DNA of 64,000 nucleotides from assembly GCA_963813535.1 (NCBI GenBank), contig CAWEZH010000003.1:672001-736000 (forward strand), in the 5' to 3' direction. Source of the stretch: an uncultured Chloroflexia bacterium (lineage in GTDB: Bacteria; Chloroflexota; Limnocylindria; Limnocylindrales; CSP1-4). The translations under genes and the position numbers were made by a program. Shown in pieces: positions 29,374-38,103 of this stretch. The notes below the pieces were generated by a model, which was not told where the DNA came from, searched no databases, and was given only the letters and a program-made list of their open reading frames with translations. Position 1 is the stretch's first letter, and the number at the start of each line of letters is the position of its first letter.

Positions 29374-30252
29374 TCAGAGCTGGAGGCCGGCCAGGTAGCT
29401 CCGGAACTCGCGGGCGAGGTCGGGTCGCTGGAGGGCCAACTCGACCGAGGCCTTCAGCCAGCCCATCGTCGTGCCGGCGTCGTACCGCGTGCCTTCGAAT
29501 TCGTAGGCGTACACGGCCTGCTCCTCCATCATCGCGCCGATCGCGTCGGTGAGCTGGATCTCGCCACCCGCCCCCCGCTGGGTCTGCTCGAGCTTGTCGA
29601 AGATCTTGGGCGTCAGCACGTAGCGACCGATGATCGCGAGGTTGGAGGGAGCATCGGCCGGGTCGGGCTTCTCGACGAGGGCCGTGACACGATGCAACCG
29701 GCCGTGGTCGAGCGGGTCCTCGGACCGCTCGGCGGCGATCACGCCGTAGCGGCTGGTCTCTTCGTTGGGCACCTCCATCACGGCCACGACCGACGCGTGG
29801 GTCTGCTGGTAGGCATGGATGAGCTGCCCGATGCACGGTCGGTCGCCGACCACGACGTCGTCGGGCAGGATCACGGCGAAGGGCTCATGCCCGATCAGGT
29901 CCTTGGCCATCAGGACCGCGTGTCCCAGCCCGAGCTGCTCCTTCTGGCGCACGTAGGCCACCTGGGCCAGGTCGCTGATATGGCGGACCTGGCGGAGCAT
30001 CTCGATGTCGCCCTTCTCCTCGAGGAGGTGCTCGAGCTCATACGACAGGTCGAAGTGGTCCTCGATCGCGCGCTTCTGGCTGGAGGTGACGATGATCACC
30101 TGCTCGATGCCCGCCGCGACGGCCTCTTCGACCGCGTACTGGATGATCGGCTTGTCGACCAGCGGCAGCATCTCCTTGGGCTGCGCCTTGGTCGCGGGCA
30201 GGAAGCGGGTGCCCCAGCCGGCGGCAGGGAATACGGCCTTTCGAACGCGCAT
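29374..30252 (-). CDS. galU: UTP-glucose-1-phosphate uridylyltransferase
   Basis: KAVFPAAGWGTRFLPATKAQPKEMLP, LGLGHAV, GEIQLTDA. Confidence 0.96.
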   Translation of the reverse strand: MRVRKAVFPAAGWGTRFLPATKAQPKEMLPLVDKPIIQYAVEEAVAAGIEQVIIVTSSQKRAIEDHFDLSYELEHLLEEKGDIEMLRQVRHISDLAQVAYVRQKEQLGLGHAVLMAKDLIGHEPFAVILPDDVVVGDRPCIGQLIHAYQQTHASVVAVMEVPNEETSRYGVIAAERSEDPLDHGRLHRVTALVEKPDPADAPSNLAIIGRYVLTPKIFDKLEQTQRGAGGEIQLTDAIGAMMEEQAVYAYEFEGTRYDAGTTMGWLKASVELALQRPDLAREFRSYLAGLQL

Positions 30253-30391
30253 GGAACCTCAACGGACGGAGTCTGGTGGGTCGGGGCAGTCTAGCACCGG
30301 ACCCTTTCAGGGCCCTTCGTCGAGACCCTTCACGACGGTGCGGACCGCTGCCGAGAATGCCGCTCGCCGGCGCGTTCTGCGAGGTCCTCGC

Positions 30392-31066
30392 TCACGGCTC
30401 GCGGTCGAGGCCGTGCTGGACAGCAAGGAGCGCGGCCTGGGTCCGGCTGGCCAGCCCGAGTTTGGCGAGGATGTTCGAGACGTGGGTCCTGGCGGTCCGC
30501 TCGGTGATGCCGAGATCGGCCGCGATCTGCCGGTTCGGGAGTCCCTGGGCGACGCGTGTCAGGACGTCGCGCTCGCGAGCGGTCAAGGTCGCGATCCCGT
30601 CGCCATCGCCCGCACCACCGGGGCTCGCTCGCCCGCCATCCCGCATCCGTCGGGCGACGATCCCCGCGACGGCCGGATCGAGATGGACCTCGCCGGCGGC
30701 GGCCGCCCGGATGGCGCCGGCCAGCTCGTCGGCCTCGGCATCCTTGAGCAGGAACCCGGACGCCCCGGCTTCGATCGCGGCGACGACGCGGGCCTCCTCG
30801 ATGAAGCTGGTGAGCGCGATGACCTCGGTGTCCGGGAGGGCGGCCTTGATACGGCTCGTTGCCTCGATGCCGTCGACCACCGGCATCATCAGGTCCATCA
30901 CGACGATGTCCGGCCGGAGTTCACCGGCTCGTTCGATGGCCTCGGCGCCATCGGCGGCCTCGCCGACGATCACGATGTCGTCGTGGAGCTCGAGGAAATC
31001 GCGCATCCCGCGCCGGACCATCGCGTGGTCGTCGACGAGGAGGACCCGGATCGGGGCGTCGGGCAT
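30392..31066 (-). CDS. NarL/LuxR-family response regulator (no adjacent kinase)
   Basis: VLLVDDH..MDLMMP..GFLLKD..LTARE..NRQIAADLGITERT..HVSNILAKL. Confidence 0.95.
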   Translation of the reverse strand: MPDAPIRVLLVDDHAMVRRGMRDFLELHDDIVIVGEAADGAEAIERAGELRPDIVVMDLMMPVVDGIEATSRIKAALPDTEVIALTSFIEEARVVAAIEAGASGFLLKDAEADELAGAIRAAAAGEVHLDPAVAGIVARRMRDGGRASPGGAGDGDGIATLTARERDVLTRVAQGLPNRQIAADLGITERTARTHVSNILAKLGLASRTQAALLAVQHGLDREP

Positions 31067-31083
31067 CGAGGGTCTGCCGGTCC

Positions 31084-32106
31084 CTAGGGGCCGCCCGGGA
31101 CGACCGACCGCTCGTCGGCGGCGGTCTCCTCGGCGTCCTCGGAGCGCGACGCCCGCTGGAGCAGCACCGCCGCGCCCAGGATCGCGGCGGCCCCGACGAT
31201 CTGGATGGGGGCCAGCGCCTCGGACAGCAGCCACGCCGCAAGGGCGACACCGACGACCGGCTCGAACAGCATGAGGATGCCTGCCCGGGTCCCGCCGATC
31301 AGGCGGATCCCGGTGAGGAACCCCAACGACGGGATGGCTGCGGCCGCGACCCCTGTGAAGATGAGCAGCGGCAGGACGCTCGGGTCGGTCACGGGCTGGA
31401 GCAGCGTGGCCGGCCCGCCGGCGAGGAGCGCGACAAGGATCGCGCCGATGCACGACACGAGCAGCACCGTCGTCATGGCCTGCTCGGTCGGGACCTCGGG
31501 ATAGCCGTCGCGCGCGAGGAGGACGAAGATCGTCTGGCACACGGCTGCGCCGAGCGCGAGGCCGATCCCGATGGCGTCGAGTCGGATCCCGGCGGCCGGG
31601 TCCAGTTGCGACGCGACGACGGCGATCATCCCCGCGATGGCCAGACCGAGCGCGACGACGCGGGCACGGTCGAGCGGCTCACGTCCGAGCGCGACATTGG
31701 CCACCGCGACGAGCGCCGGATACGTGTAGAACCCAAGGAGCGCGAGCGCGATCGTGATCCGATCGAATGCGATGAACATGCACAGGTTCAGGATCGTGCC
31801 GGCCAGCGCGGCCGCCAGCATCGCCGCCCGTGCGCTCACGCGCAGGTCGCCGAAACGGACAAGGCGGGTGGCACCACGTCGGACGCGCCAGCCGACATAG
31901 GCACCGAGTGCCAAGAAGCCGATGACCGCCCGCCATGCGACGAAGGCCGGCGGCTCCATGCCCGCCTCGTAGGCGAACCTCGACAGCGGACCGAGCATTC
32001 CGAAGAGCGACGCCGAGACGATGACGATCCCGAAGCCACGCAGCGGGATCGCGCCACCGACGCCGGCTGCCACCGCAGGTGTGGTCGTCAGGGGCGGGCT
32101 GGACAC
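31084..32106 (-). CDS. EamA/DMT transporter
   Basis: About 10 TMs; YTYPALV, FEPVVGV, SEAL..QIVG. Confidence 0.9.
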   Translation of the reverse strand: MSSPPLTTTPAVAAGVGGAIPLRGFGIVIVSASLFGMLGPLSRFAYEAGMEPPAFVAWRAVIGFLALGAYVGWRVRRGATRLVRFGDLRVSARAAMLAAALAGTILNLCMFIAFDRITIALALLGFYTYPALVAVANVALGREPLDRARVVALGLAIAGMIAVVASQLDPAAGIRLDAIGIGLALGAAVCQTIFVLLARDGYPEVPTEQAMTTVLLVSCIGAILVALLAGGPATLLQPVTDPSVLPLLIFTGVAAAAIPSLGFLTGIRLIGGTRAGILMLFEPVVGVALAAWLLSEALAPIQIVGAAAILGAAVLLQRASRSEDAEETAADERSVVPGGP

Positions 32107-32149
32107 CGGGGCATGGTAGAGCGCAGGACCGCGATCCGCCCGACCACGG

Positions 32150-33226
32150 TCAGCCCGCGGCGACGCGCTCGCCGGGACTCTCTACCGCCGCGGTCTCGCG
32201 TCGACTCCTCGAGAGCCGGATGCCGGTGAATGGGATCCGGATCTCGCGGAAGACCTCGATCGAGACGAGGAACCCGACGAACAGGAACACGACGCCCAGG
32301 AACTTGCCGAGCTGGAACAGATCGGTCGAGCCGAAGCGGTTGAGCGAGTCGGTGAGGGTCGGGATGAACGCCCCGATCGCGATGAGGATCGTGGCTGGCA
32401 CCCGGCTGTGGATCCGTCCCGAGGCGAGCGCCGTGATCGTGCCGGGCAACGACGCGACGAGGTTGACGAGGATCGCCACGGGCGCGATCAGCAGGTTGAA
32501 CAGGAACTGATCGCCCGGCTGGTTCGGGTCGAGCGAGTAGGGCAGGACGCGACGCTTGGGCATGAACATGTACGTGCTGAACACGGCCCCCAGGATCAAG
32601 GCGAATGCGCCAGTGACGTTCAGGAACGGCGTCAGCAGCCGCAGATGTGGCGGGAGCAGCGTCGCGACGGGCATCGTCGTCTCGGGGTCGACCGCGTAGC
32701 CCGGTGCCGGGATCACCGTCGTGGCCATCAACACGAGGCTCAGGATCGTGGCGCCCACGACGGCACCGGCGGCCAGGATCGGCCACCGCTCGTTCTGGAA
32801 GTAGGTCTCGACCGCCACCGCCAGGGCGAGCACGCCGGCAGCCAGGAAGTAGAGCAGCGGCAACGCCCCCGCCCCCGCGTACTCGGGCCGGTTCCGCACG
32901 AGGAACGTGAAGAGGCCGGCCAGGAACAGGCACAGGGCGAAGCTGTAGCCGAACCGGGTGCGTCCCAGCAGGAACGCGGTCCCCAGCCCGAGCCACCCCG
33001 CGGTCCAGACGGCGCCCGTCAGATACCACGTTCGGTAGAGCGGCTCGTTCCAGGCACCCGCGCCGGCCAACGCTTCGCAACCGGCGGCGATGCCGTAGAA
33101 GAGCATCCCGATCGCCCAGATCAGCTGGAACCCGCCGCGCCGTTCGCGCCATTGGTCGAAGAGCGCAGCGCTGAACACGAGCGCGAGGAGGGAGGTGACC
33201 GCCGGAAGGAGGACGTCCAATCGCAT
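32150..33226 (-). CDS. Multi-pass membrane protein of unknown function
   Basis: About 9-10 TMs; WAIGMLFYG, YRTWYLTGA, LGLGT; starts 3 nt after the HTH gene stop. Confidence 0.8.
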   Translation of the reverse strand: MRLDVLLPAVTSLLALVFSAALFDQWRERRGGFQLIWAIGMLFYGIAAGCEALAGAGAWNEPLYRTWYLTGAVWTAGWLGLGTAFLLGRTRFGYSFALCLFLAGLFTFLVRNRPEYAGAGALPLLYFLAAGVLALAVAVETYFQNERWPILAAGAVVGATILSLVLMATTVIPAPGYAVDPETTMPVATLLPPHLRLLTPFLNVTGAFALILGAVFSTYMFMPKRRVLPYSLDPNQPGDQFLFNLLIAPVAILVNLVASLPGTITALASGRIHSRVPATILIAIGAFIPTLTDSLNRFGSTDLFQLGKFLGVVFLFVGFLVSIEVFREIRIPFTGIRLSRSRRETAAVESPGERVAAG

Positions 33227-33229
33227 CGA

Positions 33230-33862
33230 TCAGCCTTCGCGCTGGTGTGCTTCGATGAACCGAAGGAGCAGCCGGTCGAGCAGCGCCCACGCGTCGCCGT
33301 ACAGGCCGGCGAGCCGGTTCGGATCCAACGATCGGCGCCGGCCGACCGCCGCGAGCTCGGCGACGAACGGCTGGCGGGCGACGACGAAGCGCGACACCGA
33401 GTCGGTCAGGCCGCTGCCGCCCAGCGCGAGACGAACCGCCTGGTCGGCGACGATGGATCCGGCCTGGGTCTCGAGCCGGCGCCGACGCCGAACATCATCC
33501 GGTCCTGCGTCGAGGTACGCGACGAGCGTCGTGATGAGTTGCCGGCCATCGCGTCGGAACGCATCGCGCTCGGCATCATCGGGCGCGCCATCCGCCGCGT
33601 AATGGCGCCGGTAGGCCCTGGTCATGCGCTCCGGCGACGCCCCCAGACTCGCGAGCGGGCGGTGTGTGGTCGACCGACGCTCGGTGACAAGCCGCTCGAG
33701 CGCGCGTCGGTCGAAACGGCGGTGGCCGCCGGGCGTGACCCACGCCGGCACACGGCCGTTGTCGGCCCACCGCCGGAGCGTGTCGGGATCGATGCCCAGG
33801 AGCTGGCTCGCCGGCCCGAGCGACAGCCAACTCCGCCGAGACGCCGTTGCCGGTTCGCGCAC
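33230..33862 (-). CDS. MerR/excisionase-like (HTH_17/BldC-type) regulator with a helical C-terminal domain
   Basis: WLSLGPASQLLGIDPDTLRRWADNG..TPGGHRRF; start may be 33946. Confidence 0.85.
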   Translation of the reverse strand: MREPATASRRSWLSLGPASQLLGIDPDTLRRWADNGRVPAWVTPGGHRRFDRRALERLVTERRSTTHRPLASLGASPERMTRAYRRHYAADGAPDDAERDAFRRDGRQLITTLVAYLDAGPDDVRRRRRLETQAGSIVADQAVRLALGGSGLTDSVSRFVVARQPFVAELAAVGRRRSLDPNRLAGLYGDAWALLDRLLLRFIEAHQREG

Positions 33863-34055
33863 TCGAGGCCCTCGCTGGACGACCGAGATCGGGCGCCGAC
33901 GGGCCAGCACAGTCGTGGGGGGAAACGACCGGCGACCCGTCGGCATGGAAACCTGGGTAAATCTGGGTACCAGACTCCGCCCGGGCCAACAGAGGATAGG
34001 GCGGCCCCTCGGGGGGCGTCAAACCGGCGCCGACGCAGACCTCAGACCGAGTCCG

Positions 34056-34424
34056 TCAGGCAGGCACGAACTCGTGATCGTCGCGGTGGATGCCGTCGCA
34101 CAGGCCCCACCGACCGGCGTCCGGCGGACCCTCGGGATCCGGGATCGGAACGGGCCGCATGATCTCGCGGACCTCGCCCTTGCGGCAGAAGTAGTAGCCG
34201 CGAGTGGCCATCCAATCACGCACGCAGGCCGGGTCCCCGTGGAACTGGAACGGACCCGGATTGATGACCGGCTGCTCGGCCCAGCCGACCGCGGTCTCCG
34301 GCGCCACGATGTCGAGGAGGTTCACCCGCCAGGGGGTCCCGTCGATGATCTGCCCGCAGCCGGCGCATCGCTTCGCGACGTTGTCGGTGATGATGGTCCG
34401 GATCTTGACACCCATGATCTCCAT
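34056..34424 (-). CDS. Small Cys/His-containing hypothetical protein
   Basis: CAGC..H...C; C..CDGIH...H; TG-TACCAT 7 nt before ATG. Confidence 0.75.
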   Translation of the reverse strand: MEIMGVKIRTIITDNVAKRCAGCGQIIDGTPWRVNLLDIVAPETAVGWAEQPVINPGPFQFHGDPACVRDWMATRGYYFCRKGEVREIMRPVPIPDPEGPPDAGRWGLCDGIHRDDHEFVPA

Positions 34425-34478
34425 CGACTCGATGGTAGCAGGGGCCTCGGGGGCGCCGCGGATGCTAGGGTCGAGGGG

Positions 34479-35384
34479 ATGGACGTCGCGCTCATCGGGG
34501 TCCCATTCGACTCGGCCGGAACCGCGACCGGCGTTGCCCGGGCACCCGCCGCCCTCAGAGGCGCGGGTCTGCTGACGGCGCTGCAGAAGGCCGGCAGCTC
34601 CGTGGTCGACAGAGGCGATGTCCCGCTCACGCCTGGTGACGCGACCCGCGATGCCGGCAGCGGGATCATCTCCCCTGCGGCGCTCCTCGCCATGGTCCAC
34701 GACGTTCGGGACGCGGTGAGCGCCGCCGTCGGTGCCGGTGCCGTACCCCTGGTCATCGGTGGCGATTGTCCGGTCCTGCTCGGCTGCCTGGCCGCGATCC
34801 GCGAGGAGCCCCTCGGTCTGTTGTTCGTGGACGGCCACGAGGACGCGTGGCCGCCGCAGATGTCGACGACCGGTGAGGCCGCCGACATGGAACTCGGCCT
34901 TCTCCTGGGGCGGTTCGTCGACGACTTGCCCGACCCATTGCGATCCGCACTGCCCCGTATCCAGCCCGAGCGCGTCGTCGTCGTCGGAGCACGCGACCAG
35001 CTGGAACTCGCGGACGCCGGCGTGGAGTCGATCGACGGCGTCGTCGACGTCATCAGGACCGGGGGCCTGACGCAGGCCGCGATCGAGGCGCTCGTCGCCG
35101 AACGGATCGATCGCCTTGATGCGCTCGGTCGTTGGTGGCTGCACGTCGACCTCGACGTGCTCTCGAGCGTGAGCCTGTCGGCGGTCGACTATCGACAGGA
35201 CGGCGGGCTGGAGTGGGCGACACTCACGGCCCTGACGGAGCGAGCGCTCGGTGCGCGCGGCGTGGCCGGTTGGACGGTGACGATCTACAACCCGGACCTC
35301 GACCCTGATGGGCGTCAGGCCGAGACGATCGTCCGCTACATCGCTCGAAGCGCGAACGTTTTGGGATCCCGGACGCCCGACTAG
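34479..35384 (+). CDS. Arginase/ureohydrolase-family protein
   Basis: IGVPFD, GGDC, FVDGHED, HVDLDVL, YNPDLD. Confidence 0.85.
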   Translation: MDVALIGVPFDSAGTATGVARAPAALRGAGLLTALQKAGSSVVDRGDVPLTPGDATRDAGSGIISPAALLAMVHDVRDAVSAAVGAGAVPLVIGGDCPVLLGCLAAIREEPLGLLFVDGHEDAWPPQMSTTGEAADMELGLLLGRFVDDLPDPLRSALPRIQPERVVVVGARDQLELADAGVESIDGVVDVIRTGGLTQAAIEALVAERIDRLDALGRWWLHVDLDVLSSVSLSAVDYRQDGGLEWATLTALTERALGARGVAGWTVTIYNPDLDPDGRQAETIVRYIARSANVLGSRTPD

Positions 35385-35400
35385 TGGGCGGGCGCTGCCG

Positions 35401-35598
35401 TCAGCTGGCGCGGGCGACCGCGAGGACCTCGGCCGGGACGATCATCCCGTGGGCCCCTTCCATTGCCGTCTCGATGCGCGAGGCGAGCGACGGGTCGGCG
35501 AACGTCGCCTCCAGGACGACCATCTGGACCTCGCCGCTCTCGCTCAGGACGCGCCGCAGCGCGTAGCGGATGTCGGCGTCGGACACGGACGCCATCAA
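35401..35598 (-). CDS. Small hypothetical protein (frame open upstream to 35664)
   Basis: Protein-like composition and GC3 bias; start unresolved. Confidence 0.5.
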   Translation of the reverse strand: MMASVSDADIRYALRRVLSESGEVQMVVLEATFADPSLASRIETAMEGAHGMIVPAEVLAVARAS

Positions 35599-35926
35599 GC
35601 GAACGGCGTAGCTCGCGTCGCGCTCCTGGGCGAAGGCGGCGGCGACCGAGTTGCCTGCGACGTCTCACCTGGGCAGCATCCGGTCGTCAGGAGCGCGAGG
35701 CAAGACCGGCTTGGGGCATACGCCGTGGTGTCGATGGTCCTGTGCGCCTGAGCACCGGTCGCCGGCCCCGCCCTCCCGACACCAGCCGGGACGCGCCTCC
35801 CATGTCGTGGAACCGCGTGGTACGACTGGGTCGCTCCAAGGCGGATGCGCCGGTGGGTATCCTTCGATGCCGCGGGGGTCGCGGGAACGTCGCGTTCTCG
35901 CGGCGCGAAGACCGACGAGGGTGTGC

Positions 35927-36886
35927 GTGCCCGATCAGCCTGGTCCACACGAAAGTCGCTTCGACGATCTGGTCGGTTCGCTCGACGCGGTCGTCTGGGA
36001 AGCCGACGGCGACGACTACCGGATGACGTTCGTGTCGCCGCGTTGCAGCGAGATCGTCGGGTACCCGCCCGAGAAATGGCTGACCGAGCCCGAATTCTGG
36101 GAGCGACACCTCCACCCGGACGATCGGGATCGTGCGATCACGGCCACCGACGCCGCGATCCGGGAGCTGCGCAGCCTGCGCATCGAGTACCGCTTCCTCG
36201 TCTCCAGCGGCGAATATCGCTGGTTCTCCGACGTCATCCGTGTCCTGCGCAAGCACGATGGTTCAGGCCACCGGGTGGTCGGCGTGATGATCGATATCAC
36301 CGACCAGAAACGGCTGGAGGAGGCGCTCGCCTACCGCGCGACACACGACACGCTCACCGGGCTGCTCAACCGCGAGCAGCTGAACATCGAGCTGGTCCGC
36401 GTGCACCAGCTGCCCGAACCGTGGGCGCTCCTCTTCCTCGACCTCAACGGCTTCAAGGACATCAACGACGCCCTCGGCCACTCGGTCGGGGACGATGTCC
36501 TGCGGATGGTCGCCGATCGACTGAGCGGCACGGCGCGGGGGACCGATGTCGTGGCCCGCTTCGGTGGCGACGAGTTCTGTGTCCTCGCCTCGGTCACCGA
36601 GAACGAGGCCTCCCTGCACCTCGCCCGCCGGCTTCGGGATGCGATCGCCAAGCCGACCATCGTCGGCGAGCACGCTCTGCGACTCAGCACATCCGTCGGC
36701 ATCGCGTATGTCGAGGCGGAGGGCGCTCCGGAGACGCTGGTCCGCCAGGCGGATGCGGCGATGTACGGAGCCAAGGGCACCGCCGAGGGCATCGCCGTGT
36801 ACGAACCCTGGATGCGCGAGGCCGCCCTCCGGCGGCTCGATGGCAAGGTCTCCGCCGGCGGATCGCCGGGTGCCGAGTCGGGCTGA
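35927..36886 (+). CDS. PAS-GGDEF diguanylate cyclase
   Basis: PAS (LHPDDR, EYRF, DITDQK); HDTLTGLLNR, RGTD I-site, GGDEF. Confidence 0.92.
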   Translation: MPDQPGPHESRFDDLVGSLDAVVWEADGDDYRMTFVSPRCSEIVGYPPEKWLTEPEFWERHLHPDDRDRAITATDAAIRELRSLRIEYRFLVSSGEYRWFSDVIRVLRKHDGSGHRVVGVMIDITDQKRLEEALAYRATHDTLTGLLNREQLNIELVRVHQLPEPWALLFLDLNGFKDINDALGHSVGDDVLRMVADRLSGTARGTDVVARFGGDEFCVLASVTENEASLHLARRLRDAIAKPTIVGEHALRLSTSVGIAYVEAEGAPETLVRQADAAMYGAKGTAEGIAVYEPWMREAALRRLDGKVSAGGSPGAESG

Positions 36887-36911
36887 CCGACACGGACGCG
36901 CTGCCCGAAGG

Positions 36912-36988
36912 TGGTGCCCCCAAGGGGATTCGAACCCCTGATCTCCACCTTGAAAGGGTGGCGTCCTAGGCCTCTAGACGATGGGGGC
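36912..36988 (-). tRNA. tRNA-Glu (TTC)
   Basis: GCCCCCA..CCACC-CTTTCAA-GGTGG..GGTTCGAATCC..TGGGGGCACCA; CCA encoded. Confidence 0.97.
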
Positions 36989-37031
36989 GGGAAGGGCCCG
37001 ACCGGTGCCCGAGTCTAGCAGAGGGCCCCGA

Positions 37032-37457
37032 TCAGCCTGACCCGAGTGCCAGCTGGAACAGGATGATCGCACCGGCCGCGGCACCCGCCGCCGCGATGGC
37101 CGCGAACCCGCCCACGAGCGCCGCCAGCAGCATCCGACCGCCATTGCCGCGCTCCACGCCGCCGCGCCAGATCGATCGAAGGCAGTACACGGCGAGGGCC
37201 GCGAACACGATCGCCAACACGACTGAAGCGGAGGCCAGGAGGGGGATCTGCGTCGCCTCGCGGACGGTCAGGAAGTACGCAGCGAACGCGATGGAACCGA
37301 TGACGGCGATGGCGAAGAAGATCACGCCGGGTGAGACGCGACGTCCACCACTCGGCGGGTCGTAGCGGTCGTCGTACCCACTGTCGTCGTATGGATCGCG
37401 AGACCGCGGCGGTGGGGCCGTGGGGTAGGGGTCGCGTGTGGCGCGGCGGTCGGTCAT
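37032..37457 (-). CDS. Small membrane protein
   Basis: Three TMs; ATGA overlap with the upstream gene. Confidence 0.75.
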   Translation of the reverse strand: MTDRRATRDPYPTAPPPRSRDPYDDSGYDDRYDPPSGGRRVSPGVIFFAIAVIGSIAFAAYFLTVREATQIPLLASASVVLAIVFAALAVYCLRSIWRGGVERGNGGRMLLAALVGGFAAIAAAGAAAGAIILFQLALGSG

Positions 37458-38065
37458 CCGGGCTCCTCTCCGAGCGTCCGATGGTAGACCGCCACGTTGT
37501 ATGACAACCGCGGCCGGGTCATCCGTGCGGCGACCGCACGTCCGGACTCGCCGAATGCCGCCTCGAGGAAGGTCTGCGCCGCCTCGAGCGATTCGAACGT
37601 CCACCAACAGTGCAGCACGCGGATCTTGAAGCCGTTGCCCAGGAACGGCCCATCACGTCGGGTCCACTCGCCGTACTCGGGTCGCGGTCCTTGCAGCTCG
37701 GCCACATCGTCGCGTCCGTAGTCGTGGACGGCCAGCAGGCGGCCGCCGGGGCGCAGTAGCCGGGCAGCCTCGGTCATGTCGGGCGAGCCGGCTCCACGGA
37801 ACGCCGACCACAGCCCGACGACGACATCGGCCGACGCGTCGGGCGCATCGAATGTCCCGGGCAGCGGATCCACGACAGATACGCGGGCGCCGAGTTCAGC
37901 AAGTTGACGAGCGCGCAGTCCCGCGGATCCATCGATGACGACGACGTCTCGCCCCACCACCGGACCTAGCGCCTCGATCGCCCGCGGGATCTTGCCCTCG
38001 ACATCCAGGACCCGGGCCAGTTGTTCGTCGAGCCCGGCCCCCAGTTGGACGGGGAGATCAGCCAC
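37454..38065 (-). CDS. Methyltransferase-like protein (degenerate motif I)
   Basis: DASADVVVGLWS..EAARLLRPGGRLL; SAM-binding glycine loop is weak. Confidence 0.65.
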   Translation of the reverse strand: MADLPVQLGAGLDEQLARVLDVEGKIPRAIEALGPVVGRDVVVIDGSAGLRARQLAELGARVSVVDPLPGTFDAPDASADVVVGLWSAFRGAGSPDMTEAARLLRPGGRLLAVHDYGRDDVAELQGPRPEYGEWTRRDGPFLGNGFKIRVLHCWWTFESLEAAQTFLEAAFGESGRAVAARMTRPRLSYNVAVYHRTLGEEPG

Positions 38066-38103
38066 AGGCCGCGAAGTATATGCGGCGCCCGACGCTCCGA
38101 CGG

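Noticed and set aside
33230-33862. Prophage excisionase
   Set aside because: Fused to a large C-terminal domain with no phage or integrase context
36886-37030. tRNA-Glu as an integration site
   Set aside because: No integrase and no duplicated tRNA 3' end seen in the window
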